Source: Tricharina praecox (lineage: Eukaryota). Taken from it: a DNA stretch of 64,000 bases. Shown here piece by piece: positions 24,942 through 36,857 of this stretch. The notes beneath the pieces are model-generated. The model saw only the letters and a program-made list of their open reading frames with translations. It made no database searches and had not been told where the DNA came from. The stretch's first letter is position 1; every line of letters starts with the position of its first letter. The stretch is taken from positions 1,302,001 to 1,366,000 of the forward strand of contig NW_026250405.1 of NCBI RefSeq assembly GCF_024521635.1. The letters run 5' to 3'. The position numbers were made by a program, and so were the translations under genes.

Positions 24942-25874
24942 ATGTCCGTTGAACCGCGATCCTCGCCTCCGCCGACGACCACCACCTCGATGGCCGCGCA
25001 ACTCCCCGAAATCGAATTCGGCTTCGACGACCTCAAGGAGCGGATGATGGCGTTCACCGTGCGCTTCGACGAGTTCATCAAGCAGGGCCGCAAGCGCATC
25101 CTCGAGGACAAGAACGACTATGCCAAGAGCATGCTGGAGTTCAAAGGTACCCCACCCACCCCGCCCCGCGCACCCCACAGGAGCGATGGGCGCTGACGAC
25201 CAGACTGTAGATAATGCCCGTGCGCTGCGCGAGGATCGCGACTTCTATGTTACCAAGGAACAGGAGATCAAGGAGCAGGTCAAGCGCGATACCGCCGAGC
25301 TGCTGGAGGCCGAAAACGCCATCGCCGATATTGATCGGAAGCGCAGGGTCAAGGAGGAGCAGAAGGAGGCGTTGCAGGCGCAGATCGAGGAGGTTAAGCT
25401 GGCTATCGAGAAGAAGCGCGCAAGTGAGCAGACCAGACGTCAGATGTCCGTGGAGGTTTGGTGCTGATCGCGTACATCCAGTCCGTGCCGCGCAACGACA
25501 AGCCCTGACCCAGCAACAAGCCAAGAACGTTCCCGAGCTCGTGTTCTGGGAAGACCACTTGGGAATGCGCATTGACGGAGCCGGGGTCGCCGATCACCTC
25601 AAGATCACGTTTACCCACCTCAGCGAACCAGATGTCGAGTCTTGGTTCGTGGTGAGTATGGTCAAGAGGGACTACGAAGGTACGTTGCCCACACACCAAC
25701 CACCCGGTGTCGCCATCTCGTATCTGACCATGAATTGTAGTCGTACAATGCCGGCCACGCCTGGACATGGAAGATGTGGGCCGCGTTGCCGACAAGTTGA
25801 ACGAGACGAGGGAGTTTGCCGGGTTCTTGAAGGATATGAGGAAACTGTTCAAAGCCAATGCTACGGGGGCTTGA
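24942..25874 (+). CDS. SPC25: Ndc80-complex kinetochore protein Spc25
   Basis: Exons 24942-25146, 25211-25423, 25482-25679, 25741-25874. LPEIEFGFDDLKERMMAFTVRFDEFI is followed by coiled coil, NVPELVFWEDHLGMRIDGAG and LNETREFAGFLKDMRKLF. Confidence 0.88.
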
Positions 25875-28228
25875 GTGGGGGGGTGGGGGGGTGGGAAGCA
25901 CGCAATTCATCGCAATTCATCTATACATCACCATCATCATTGTCTGTGACTGGATGCGACCCATTTCTAGAGCACATCGGGCAATCCTCTCGATGTCCCG
26001 TTTCCAAAAACCATAAGGGATGCAGTAGTGAAGCCAAACGACGAACCAAGATGGAATATCTATCTACGAGTATCTAACAAGACATCCATTCTAATTCCAG
26101 CAGCAGTAGTCATAGCACCCGCACCCTTTGTGTAGGTAGCTGAACGAATGCCCCCAATATCATCTTCACCCACTCAACTTTACTAAACAAACGAATCCGA
26201 CAATTCAATTCAATTCCAGTCCGTCAACCTACGGCATCAAAAACAGACTGATGTGGGATTGAGCTTTGAAGTTTGAACTACATACTTCCCTCTGGATGTT
26301 GAACAGGTTACCGCCCCGTACCGTATGTACTGTTACCGGCCGGTGACCGAGAAACACTTGATTGTGCGAGTACAAGGTAGGTACATGCTATGATTATCGA
26401 TGCAAAAGCTGCGCAGACCTTCGGAAGGCTTCAGGTCCAGTCCAATGTCCATAGTATCAAAGGCGCTAGAATATCGCCCGGATTGCTGGAACGAGGAACC
26501 TAGGTACCATACCGAAGCTCAACTTCCTATGGTCGAAAGATTACCAGTATGTACGTCGGTGATGCTCGTCTCCCAGGATTACAGCAATCCGATCACCGGA
26601 GCTGAGCCTCCCACTCCCGGTCCTTCCCTTGGGAAACCACGATGCGTCGAATATCCGGTCAACAGCCCAGGTTCAAAGTTTCACCTGGGTATGAGGTATG
26701 TAGTTAAAATCCAACCTGGTGGTTCTGGTCGGCGGTTGAAGTGCCGATAATTCAATGCCGTTGTTTTTGTAGATGCAAATACAGATGCGAAAAGGTGGGT
26801 GTGTGCTTGGATGCTTCTGTTGGTTGTTTGGAATAGATTTTGGTGGCTGGAACTCGGATTTCATCGTGGTGCGAGGGATTCACTCGGTGAATTGATGCGA
26901 TAAGTGGTGATGAACCCTCGAGGCTTGAGAGTGGAACAGAGGTGTTTTTTAAATCGGTCAGAAATTATTGACTCGCCCCGTCAATATCTACCTGGGAATT
27001 GACTCGGGCCTTCTGGCTAACTACTATATTGACTGGCTAATGATCCATCCCAGCAGTCTGTCCCATGCTTGCAGCTTTTGCGGAGCACCCCACAAAGACC
27101 AACCTCGAGATCAGCAACCCGCTTCAACCCCACATCCGAGGTTTGAACTTTGAGGACACATATCTTCGCAGTCCATACTTGCGTAACTATCGTCGAGAGA
27201 ACGGCCGGACAGACAAGTATCCGAAATGCATGCATGTCGGTAGCTTCATATTTATACACAAGTACAATGTACCACGTACACCGTGCGTACAGCTCAACAG
27301 CTCTCTATATAGCACCTACATACACTATTTATTCACATACTTTCGTCGTCTCGAACCATGTGGACGCCATCGAGCTATGCCACGTGCTCCTAGGCAATAT
27401 GAACACATTGATTGGAGCGCAGAGCCGCCAACCGCGACGTGAAGAGTATCAAAACGGGGATGTGTAGAGTACATACCGTAGCTGTCTTGTTGTGGAACAG
27501 ACTTGATGATGCATGCAAAGGGTCTTACCAGGCACTGGATTGGATGGTGCACGATTATATCCTGCTGTCACTCTCTCGAATTCACCAGTGCCCTCTGCCT
27601 GCTCTCCCGTGGTTGAAGATGTTCTGGATCCAAAGCGCAAAGCAGCTTCTACTCTAGATGTACAATAAAAGAGTAGCCGGCTGTGACACAACCACAGGGT
27701 GACACACCATCAGCGGCGCTGGAACGATCCCCGACAATCTATTCGGCAAGTCCACTCCGACTCTCTTCCGTGCCATGTCCCAACACTCACCAACCAAACC
27801 TCCACCCACTACGAGCCTTCGGATATCCGCGCCAGCACTTCGAGTGCTCCACCCGTCCTCCTCGTCGTCGTCATCGCCGTCCGCGTCGGTGTCCACTACA
27901 TACACACCACCGCATTTCATTGTTCAGCTAGGTAGGTAGCTAATCGGCAATCGCTTTCTCGGCCGCCGCCGCGCCCTGGGATCACGCCCGCCCGCCGCGC
28001 CTGCAGTACCACTTCCCATCACCCACCAACGCATCCGCCACGACCGCGAACGAACGAACAAGCAAACAAAGAGCTCGAATCCTGCGAAGCCCGTCGCACC
28101 CAAACGCCTCCCCCGCGCCTTCTAAAACCACAACTACGTCGCGGCAGAGGAGGAACAGGAGGGAAAACGAGCGTCGACTGCACGTTCCGGAAGAAACAAG
28201 TCCCTAAAGGTTGAGCTCCCCACGGTCT

Positions 28229-28246
28229 ATGGAGCTGCGGAGGTGA
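28229..28246 (+). promoter_or_regulatory. Short uORF (MELRR*) ending 3 nt before the NEM1 ATG
   Basis: Sequence ATG GAG CTG CGG AGG TGA ACG ATG. Whether it lies within the transcript is inferred. Confidence 0.5.
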
Positions 28247-28249
28247 ACG

Positions 28250-29896
28250 ATGAACTCTCTCAGCATACTCTCTTCAAGGGTCAACAAGGTCATCGGAAAT
28301 ACCCCGCCTCCAACACCCCAGACCAACGCCTTTCATCAGGAGCACCGCCCGACCGAGCTCCTCCGAACACGTCATGCTGGCGCCGAGTCGTTCTTCGGTA
28401 ATCAAACCGTTGTGGAGGAGGAAGAAGAGGATGGGAGGTGCATCGAGGATGACGGGGAAAGCGAGGCGGAACGGGAAGTCGGAGGAGGAGCAGGAGGAGG
28501 GAGGATGCATGACGACACGAGGGTATGGCATAATGGGAGAGGGGGCGGCAGTGGAGGGGGAGTGGGGGGGTTGAGAGGCCACATGCACATGTCGGTCGGG
28601 GAACGAATATATCTGGCCATGTTGAGCCCCTGGTTTGGTGCTGTGCGGTGGATCATATCGACGATTGCAACGTCTACGCATTGGCTGGTAGCTTGCGTGT
28701 ACGACGACGAGGGAGTGTTCTCGCCATTGATGCCGTTTCGGAGGGCGGCGGGATTAGTGCTGCGATCTTTGGGGAAGGACGGAAACAAGAAGCTCGGGGC
28801 CATTCCGGAGATATCGTTACAAGAGCACATTTCCGCTTCAGCCGACGATCCTATACCCGAAATAATGTCTTCCGGTACGACCTCGCATCACCGCGCAAAG
28901 TCATTCGGCGGCGGCGGAGGTGATACGAAATTTTCATCACCGTTATCGACAGTGGAGGACATATCGCCCAGACGGTCGATACGAATACGGCTATACAACG
29001 AAGAGACGCAGAAGAACAAAGCTTCGTCGTCCGTGAAATCACCGACATCCCCGTCGCCTAGCCTTCGACTCACCAAATACCCGCGCGCTGCCGGTCCCCC
29101 GGTCCCTCTACTCTCGCGAAAACCGTCGACCAAAACTCTGATACTGGATCTTGACGAAACCCTGATCCATTCGCTAGCGAAGGGCAGCCGGATGTCGTCG
29201 GGCCACATGGTGGAGGTAAAATTGGACCGGCAACATGCCATTTTGTATTACGTCCACAAACGACCATATTGCGACGAATTCCTCCGAAAGGTAAATACCA
29301 CATCCAGCCCCAACACCCCCACCCCCCCCCCCCCCCCCCCATCCATTCATAAGCTTCTTGTTTTGGTGATGGGACTGACTGACTGCGCTCCTTTTCCCTT
29401 CTTCGCGCGCGAATCACAAAGGTAGCTCAGTGGTACAATCTAGTTGTATTTACCGCATCAGTGCAAGAATATGCAGATCCCGTGATAGACTGGTTGGAGC
29501 AAGACCGCAAGTATTTCAGCGGACGATATTATCGCCAGCACTGTACAAATAGAAACGGAGCGTACATTAAAGACTTGGCTACCGTAGAGCCGGATCTTTC
29601 AAAGGTCATGATCATTGATAACTCCCCGATGAGCTATATCTTCCACGAAGGTACATACCCTTTATACTTCTCCTCCTCCTTCTCCTCCTCCTCCTCCTCC
29701 TCCCCTCCCCTCCCCTCCCCTCCTACCGCATGGCTTACGAAGGGCTCGTGTAGACAACGCCATCCCCATCGAGGGTTGGATCAATGACCCAACGGATATC
29801 GACCTCCTCCACCTGATCCCGCTGCTGCAGGCACTACAATACGTAGCGGACGTACGAGCATTGCTCGCACTGCGGATGGGAGAATCACCATCCTAA
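28250..29896 (+). CDS. NEM1: Nem1/CTDNEP1 (Dullard) HAD-family phosphatase
   Basis: Exons 28250-29290, 29422-29650, 29754-29896. Motifs: LILDLDETLIHS, YYVHKRPYCDEFL, VFTASVQEYADPVIDWL, YIKDL, IIDNSP, NAIPIEGWINDP and DVRALLALR. Confidence 0.92.
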
Positions 29897-30052
29897 TCCA
29901 TTTACCTTCCATCTGTCTGTCTGTCTGCGTCGATTAATTCTTTTTTTTCTTCATTTCTTAGCGGTGGTGGGGGGATATACTTCTTTTCAGTTTCAGTTCT
30001 ATTATGGTCGGAGTTGCGGGGGGAAGGGGAGGGGGTCTTGACTCTTGAGGTG

Positions 30053-30211
30053 TGCTTATGCTTATGCTCATGCTCATGCTCATGCTCATGCTCATGCTCA
30101 TGCTCATGCTCATGCTCATGCTCATGCTCATGCTCATGCTCATGCTCATGCTCATGCTCATGCTCATGCTCATGCTCATGCTCATGCTCGTGCTCATGCT
30201 TATGCTTATGC
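30053..30211. repeat. (ATGCTC)~21 hexanucleotide microsatellite with degenerate flanks
   Basis: Directly visible. Confidence 0.95.
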
Positions 30212-30240
30212 TGTGTTTTTTTTTGTAATTGCGTTGGATA

Positions 30241-30304
30241 ACTTTACTTTACTTTACTTTACTTTACTTTACTTTACTTTACTTTACTTTACTTTACTTT
30301 ACTT
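30241..30304. repeat. (ACTTT)~12 pentanucleotide microsatellite
   Basis: Directly visible. Confidence 0.95.
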
Positions 30305-31197
30305 AGTTCTGTCTACTTACTCTAGCTATGTAGTTAATTCTGATCTTGGCGAATAAGTATGTATGGGGTATGTAGTGAATATATACGGTTTGTACGAGTG
30401 CCGGTGCAGTTACCTAGGCCCATTGATGGCGAATGATGGAGGCGTTCATTTGGTATCACTCGGTTGGCCTGATGCGAAGAGTGGGTTTTCTATGTAGATA
30501 GCTGCTGTCACGATATGACGGCACATACGGCACTGAAAGAACACTTTATACGACCAGTATATGCCTTGGCTGCGGTACGTACCTGACGGGATGCTTTTCT
30601 GCCTGGAATAGTTACCTAATATGTTCATCTTGCCTATATATTGCTACTTGGATCACAGTGTTTATCCTACTCTTGCGGTGAAGTTTGAAGTTTGAACCGG
30701 TCCTGAATGGTTCAACCACAGTGCCCAATAGAAGCTCCAAACCTCGCGCAGAAGTTGCGGTGCAGCGTAGTTACTCTGAGGTAGGTAGTAAATACGGGAG
30801 GGTACCCAGTGCCCACTCAGCCCCAGCCCCAGCCTCAGCCCCATATCATGTCATGTCATCCCTGCTACTATTCCGAGTATATACATATGAGGCTAATACC
30901 AGTGTACCAGTGTATCAGCCTACCAGACACCGATTTAGTAGCTATTATTGTCTCCAGATCTTGTGCTACCGCGGTGTTCATTGGCCGACTGAGCAGTGAG
31001 CAGTGAGCGCAGCGTCGACGCTGGAGGATGAGGTATCTACAGTCACATTATCATGGTGATCACTGATGGTCAGATTGGGGGCTTTTGGTCTCTCTCACCA
31101 GGAACGGATCTTTGGCTAGCTACCTACTACCTACACTATTGTTATCTCGGTACTGGCAGCGATGGTGAAGGCCGGGGGGGGGGGGTGATATGGTAGG

Positions 31198-31204
31198 TAT
31201 AAAG
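31198..31204 (+). promoter_or_regulatory. Putative TATA box of the CBM14 gene
   Basis: TATAAAG lies ~140 nt upstream of the ATG and is followed by a C/A-rich leader. Confidence 0.55.
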
Positions 31205-31339
31205 AAGTCTCCAGTCTCCAGTCTCCCGTCCATATCGTTCTCATCCTCATCCTCATCCACCACATCCAAACATCCAAACATCCAAAACCACCACCTCCTC
31301 CTCCTCAACCTCCTCACAACCAACCCCCCAACCTAAAAA

Positions 31340-31627
31340 ATGCAATTCACCACCCTCCTCCCCCTCCTCCCCATCCTCATCTCCCGCATCTCGCTCGCCG
31401 CCGCCAGCCCAGAGGTGAACGCTCGCTCCGGCGGGCCCTCGGGCACGTGCCCACAGGTCTACGACCACAGCCCGACCCCGTTCCTCTCCGACACGGCAGA
31501 CTGCAACGTCTTCTACATCTGCGATCACAGCGGCCCCGTCAAGTTCAACTGCCCTGTTGGACTCCACTTCTCCCCCAGTACTTGGGTGTGCGATTATCCG
31601 GCAAATGCGGGGTGTAAGACGTACTAG
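31340..31627 (+). CDS. Small secreted protein with a single CBM14 (peritrophin-A) chitin-binding domain
   Basis: Signal peptide MQFTTLLPLLPILISRISLA. Six-Cys pattern CP..DCNVFYIC..FNCPVGLHFSPSTWVCDYPANAGC. Intronless, with AAAAAATG start context. Confidence 0.88.
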   Translation: MQFTTLLPLLPILISRISLAAASPEVNARSGGPSGTCPQVYDHSPTPFLSDTADCNVFYICDHSGPVKFNCPVGLHFSPSTWVCDYPANAGCKTY

Positions 31628-31838
31628 GTGCGATAGGCATTGAGGGACGGCATTGGGGACGGAGGTGGATTGCAGATTTCTTTTGTCGGTGGGCACTGCA
31701 TTGAGCGTTGGAGCATTGAGCATTTGTTAGCGACATACCCGGGGAATGGTATGAGGATACCTACGAACGTGTATGTGGGGGCTTGGTTATTCTTGGGCGT
31801 TTAATTGTTAATGATATATAATGGTCTCTCACACCCAC

Positions 31839-32074
31839 TTCCTTTCTTTCCATTTCCCTTTTAACTTGTGAAGCGAACCATGAAGCTTGGACGGCTGCGG
31901 ATGAAAATGCTCCATGCACTGGGCACTGGGCAGCGGGTGATCGGCAGTGTACAGAAGGCCCGTTGGCGGTGGATGATCCTATATTGGATAATCAAGTCCG
32001 ATGGTTGAAACTTGGAGGCTGCTGGTGTTTCATCTTACTGGTAGAGTGTGAGAGGATCTGCGTTTGAGCAAGCC
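31839..32074 (-). repeat. Dispersed degenerate repeat, copy B (homologue of 16468-16706)
   Basis: See copy A. The minus strand encodes a remnant HPPPTGLLYTADHPLPSAQCMEHFHPQPSKLHGSLHKLKGKWKERKWV*. Confidence 0.85.
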
Positions 32075-32629
32075 TCGTGAACGGTTCCTGCTGGTTGTTG
32101 TTTTTGTTGGAAGGATTGTTTGAGGATGGCCGGCCTACCGCCTTCACGGCAGGAGGTGGCCTTACATTGGATATAGACTTACCATTGCCAGTGCGTCCAT
32201 ATCAAAATGATTGACCAGGCAGTTCGGCAGAGGGATTGCGTACTTTGTCTGGAGGGCCTAGATGGTGCAGATAGCGATGGTGACCATGAAACCCGAGCTC
32301 ATAACCCATATCTGGATGACTCTCGTGCGGATTGGTTGTGGGGGGAGTTCGAGATTTGAGATTGAAATTGGAGGTCGATTGATGCGTGAGTCCAAGCCCA
32401 AGACCATTTCTATAGTCATATATCGCTCGGATCTGTTCAGCCCCGTATCGAACACTGAAAATATATAGCAGTTCGCATTCGACGGGACTCAATGCCATAA
32501 GCCCTCCCTGTATTAGCCTGGTGAAAATATCACACTTAGCCCCCTATCGCTCGCTACGACCGAGCGGAGAAAGTCCAAAATCTACAAGACAAACATCCAG
32601 AAATCCAAAAAGCGCTCCTTCAGAGTCCG

Positions 32630-33706
32630 TCAAAGACAACCCCACGTAGCTAGCGTGTTCTTCACAGTCCCACTAACTTCTACCCCATGTTTCAGCAGCA
32701 CCATCGCAGCGTCCTTAATCCCCCACCTCACCGCCAAATGCCAGGCGCTCATCCTGATCGCCAGATCCGCCCAATACCTAAGGAGCTCCCTAACCACTTC
32801 TGCATCATTCCTTACACACGCAATGTGCAGCGGATACCTTGTCTGCTCCTCACTGCCCCACAGGCGCACATGGAATCCGGTCTCTAGGAACAGCCGCACC
32901 ACCTCCACCGAGCCAGCAGCAGCGGCGAGATCGAGCGCCGACTTCCCGCGGCTATCCCGGTGCATTGCCACCACCGCAGTGCCGTGTTCAAGTAGCACAC
33001 GCACTACTTCCGTCCGGCCCGCCTTACAAGCCACATGGAGCGGCGGCTGCCCGCCGGCATTCTGCGCCGCCACATCCGCACCATGCAAAATCAGCAGCAG
33101 TGCCATCTGCGGGGTGGCGGCGATATGCAGCGCGGTCATCCCCTTCACGGAAGACATCTTGTCGGCATCTTCGCCGCTGTCGAGTAACCGCTGCGCGATA
33201 TGGGTGTTCCCGTGTGCGGCGGCGTAATGTAATGGCCCCATCCCTTCGCCGTCGTATTCCACCGATGTTTTGTCGCCGGGGTTGAGGAGCCCGCGCTCGA
33301 CATAGGCCATTCCTTTCTCGCTCGCCCATTCTAGCACTTTGTCACCTGTGCTGGGGAAGTGGAACCAGATTCCGAGCTTGGAGAGGGTGGACTCGAGGAG
33401 TGCCGAGAGATGGATGCAGGTTAGCCGTAGGGAGAGGACGTCCCATGCACTGAGGTACTCGGCGATGTCGAGGAGCAGCTCCGGGGCGAGATCGTTGAGA
33501 CTGTCTGGTATCGGCCGACAGCCCTGTGGTCTGATATGGCGGCATTCCTGCGACGCGAATCTTGGAGAGTCGGGATTTCGATTCTGAGCCGCGACGTCAG
33601 AGGCCGTATAACTATCTCCTTATCCACAATCTGGCTGAGAACCTACCGGACTTCGTTCACCGAGTATAGCAACTTGATCTTGGCAGTTCGATCGCTGGCA
33701 GGCCAT
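32630..33706 (-). CDS. F-box plus ankyrin-repeat protein
   Basis: Exon 33706-33647, intron 33646-33584 (GTAGGT, CTCTGAC, CAG), exon 33583-32630 in frame. F-box-like LNDLAPELLLDIAEYLSAWDVLSLRLTC. Ankyrins PLHYAAAHG, TALHIAA, PPLHVACKAG, SALDLAAAAG and YPLHIAC. Confidence 0.82.
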
Positions 33707-34220
33707 GTCAACAGTTGGGAAAGGCGTGGAGGTGTATCGCTATGAAAACTGAATTTTCAGCGTGGGATTGCGCCTCTATATCTTCGAAGAGGCCGTAGGC
33801 AGCCACTGCGGCTCACTGCGGGTGTCAAGTGTCATCCCATGCGTATACCTGGCCCCACGCAACAGCCTCACGAAGCGAAGCGAAGCGCCGATCATGGGTG
33901 CATATATTCCCAAACGGCTGTGCCAGATTAACTAGTTGCATTAGCTATCGTAGGGATTAAGGCTGAGCACCTGTTGGGTATCCAGCAAGAGGAGTACGTG
34001 GGGATTAGATATGCCCGTGGGGCCATGTGCGGGCATGAGAGGTGTTCATGAAGGGCTTACATAAGTGCATATGTGTGACATGTGCCTCGCGCCTTGAGCA
34101 GTGCATTTGTCGGCCTGACCGTTGGAAAGCGCCGAGCCGCACGAGGTTGGAATAAGAACGGCTGAGTTGCATCCATCTAGAAAGATGTCTCATACATGAG
34201 GAAGTAAGTACCGAGCAGAA

Positions 34221-36021
34221 ATGTCGTCCCCCAGAAAGGTCGAATCGCAAGCCTATATTCACCGCCTCCCACTCGAGCTCCTCCATGAAATCTTCACCCA
34301 AGGCCTCCGGCCCGAGGACTTTCACGCCTGCCGGCGAACATGTCGCGGCTGGATGGCAGCTACCGAAGAAGCGTCACTGTTCCGCCGGCATTGCGGGGAA
34401 ATCGTTGTTGCACAGGAGAAAAGCCCACTCTCCCAACTGAAGCCGCAGCTCTTCGCCGTGATCACTCGGGACCTAAACTTCTACCAGAAGTGCTTGCAGG
34501 GACTCGCACCCTTCTACCGGTCGATCATAGCGCTGCCTTTCGTTCCGCCGGAGGGACAAACACCCATGCCGGCACTACAACGGGTAGATATCTTCCTCTC
34601 CAAAACCGGCGACCACTTTGCGCGACGAGGATCAATATCTGAGGATTTCCCTACGGCAAGCGTGTCAGAAGTATCAATATTCGAGACATTCTCTTTCGCG
34701 TCTTCTGGCAGCAAAATCTGCCAAGTCTCTACAGCGCCGATAGAATGTTACGACGGCATCACAGAGATTCCCCGCTTGACGGCTTTCTACGCACAGGACA
34801 TCGTCCACCCGAGATGGCCGCGGCATTGGAATGTGACGTTTGTCGGCGTGTTATTGGGAGAGGATGGGAGTGCGAATGTGCTCATCAAGCAGTCGTATCT
34901 GAGGCCATCTTCTACCCTAGAATTACGTTGTGATATCAGGGAGCCGTGCATGAATATTCACACGCAAGAGCGCGCTGCGCACACGCGGAAGGTCATTGAC
35001 GTGGCGATATCGCCGGTGGGAGCTCAGGTGGCTTTCCTGTGTGAGGCTGGAGCGGTGTAAGTACCATTCTTGGGGAGGGGGGACTATCGTACATAGCTGG
35101 ACTGGACTGATATACCCCAGCGTTTACCACTTGGAATCCGGCAGCAGTGGCTGTGGGAGTACGGTCCCTCTCCTCCGGGCGAACCATACCCTGTGGATTC
35201 CAACGGCCACTCCCCTCCGCACCATCTTTTACTCCCAAATCTACCCGATTCCCCCGATCACCTCATGCGTCCCATTGATCCTCCCTGGCTCAGATACCCT
35301 CCTGGTCCCCTGGTCTTCCGAAAGGCAGTCCATCCCAGAGCACCTCCAACTCTCCCCTTTATTCGGCGCACCCCACGTGATCTCCATAGATCACAGCTAT
35401 CCGCATAGCCCGACCTCGCCCGCGGAAACAGCCTATATCCTTCACCACCACGACAGCCAGAAGCTAACAGTCGTCCTCTCCACCTCCCTCGCCAGTGGTT
35501 ACCCACCACGATACCCCGAAGCCCAATGGCGCCTGAAAGCCGATGAGGAGATCTCCGAGGCCGGCTCGTTCCTGGAGCTTTCTCCGCCGTCGAACGAAGA
35601 AGACTCGACCATCCGTGATATCGTCAGCACGACATGGGGATCCGGCACGCAGGAGCACGCCGACTACAGCAGCTACTTCGTAGCCGTCCGCTATCGGCGC
35701 CCCGGCTCCACGACGGATAGAATCTACATCTACTACTTCAAGCTGAAACGCACAGCTCTGTGCTTTGAGCCGGATAGTGCAGCTTCATGCTTCTGCGTTA
35801 GCGCGAACAGCAGCAGCGACGGTACTCACATCAAGGCGGTGTTTGTGGGTGAAGAGGAGAACGTCGTGAAGATGGCTTTTGCGAGTGGCGTTAGGAGAGA
35901 CCGCAGGGGTGGGGGCTGCTTTCTGCTGCGGAGGGCGCTGGTGGTCGAGAGATGGGATGGGACCGTCGTCCATTGGATGATGAACACAAGGCAGAAGGGG
36001 ACGAAGGATGAATTTGCTTGA
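34221..36021 (+). CDS. F-box protein with unrecognised beta-rich C-terminal region
   Basis: Exons 34221-35056 and 35121-36021 (GTAAGT..ACTGAT..CAG, phase consistent). N-terminal IHRLPLELLHEIF..DFHACRRTCRGW is an F-box. Confidence 0.75.
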
Positions 36022-36518
36022 CCGTATATTTGAAGTATGTATCAAGAAGGAAAGGGAAGGGAAGAGTCGAGGAAGGGGCGCTGGATTCTGCGAGAAGTAA
36101 TGGAAGACCGGATAGTGATTTACATGTTTTGCGTAGTATTAGTCTAATTTTCAAGAGAAAGTGCACCATTGTTAGTCGAGACAGTCAGAGATCCTCTTCC
36201 AGTTCCTGGTTACTCACTCGTAGTTACTGCTAGTATCCGAGTGCTAGTGATGAGTAGGATGTGGAAGCGTTCGGCTTGATCTTCAAGAGTGTTAAAGTAA
36301 ATATTTCCGCGTCGCGGCTGAAAAGCCCCAATCACCGCCGTACCGTAGGGCTCAACAAGAGTCGAGATATCTATACTCATACAAGTCTCGCATCGACCGG
36401 TTGGTCGAATTGTCCAAGCAGTGAGTCGTTGGATCTAGAGTTCCCCGACACCATGAATGATTCGCCAGTGGTCTTGTGCTTCATTGATTGAACCTGGGTC
36501 TATGTGTAGATTGGATGC

Positions 36519-36560
36519 GCTCTTTAGTAACCGCTCTTTAGTAACCGCTCTTTAGTAACC
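36519..36560. repeat. 14-bp tandem repeat (GCTCTTTAGTAACC) x3
   Basis: Directly visible. Confidence 0.9.
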
Positions 36561-36857
36561 ATATCACGTATCATAGGGAGAGTTAAAGAATTTTTGATAG
36601 CTTTGGTTCATCATGATGTTACTCTTTGAATCAGAGTTCATGATCGGATAGGTAGAGCTCCATATCACGTGCATGTATCAGTGCCGATGACGTTCGTGTC
36701 GCAATCCATGACCCCACTAACATTTCCCCCACCACCTTCTATCCACGAGATCAGGTACCCGCTGCAAGCTATCTAGATTCTACCATTCCGAACAGACGCC
36801 AAGTTTCACGTCTCCCCCTGCATTCCTGCTGATATTTGGTCCTCTCTTATGGCCAAT

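Noticed and set aside
26400..27660. Short ORFs between SPC25 and NEM1
   Set aside because: No recognisable motif or consistent exon structure; cannot support a gene.
29421..29440. GGTAGCTCAGTGGTA tRNA A-box-like sequence
   Set aside because: It is NEM1 coding sequence (VAQWY), with no T-arm or cloverleaf.
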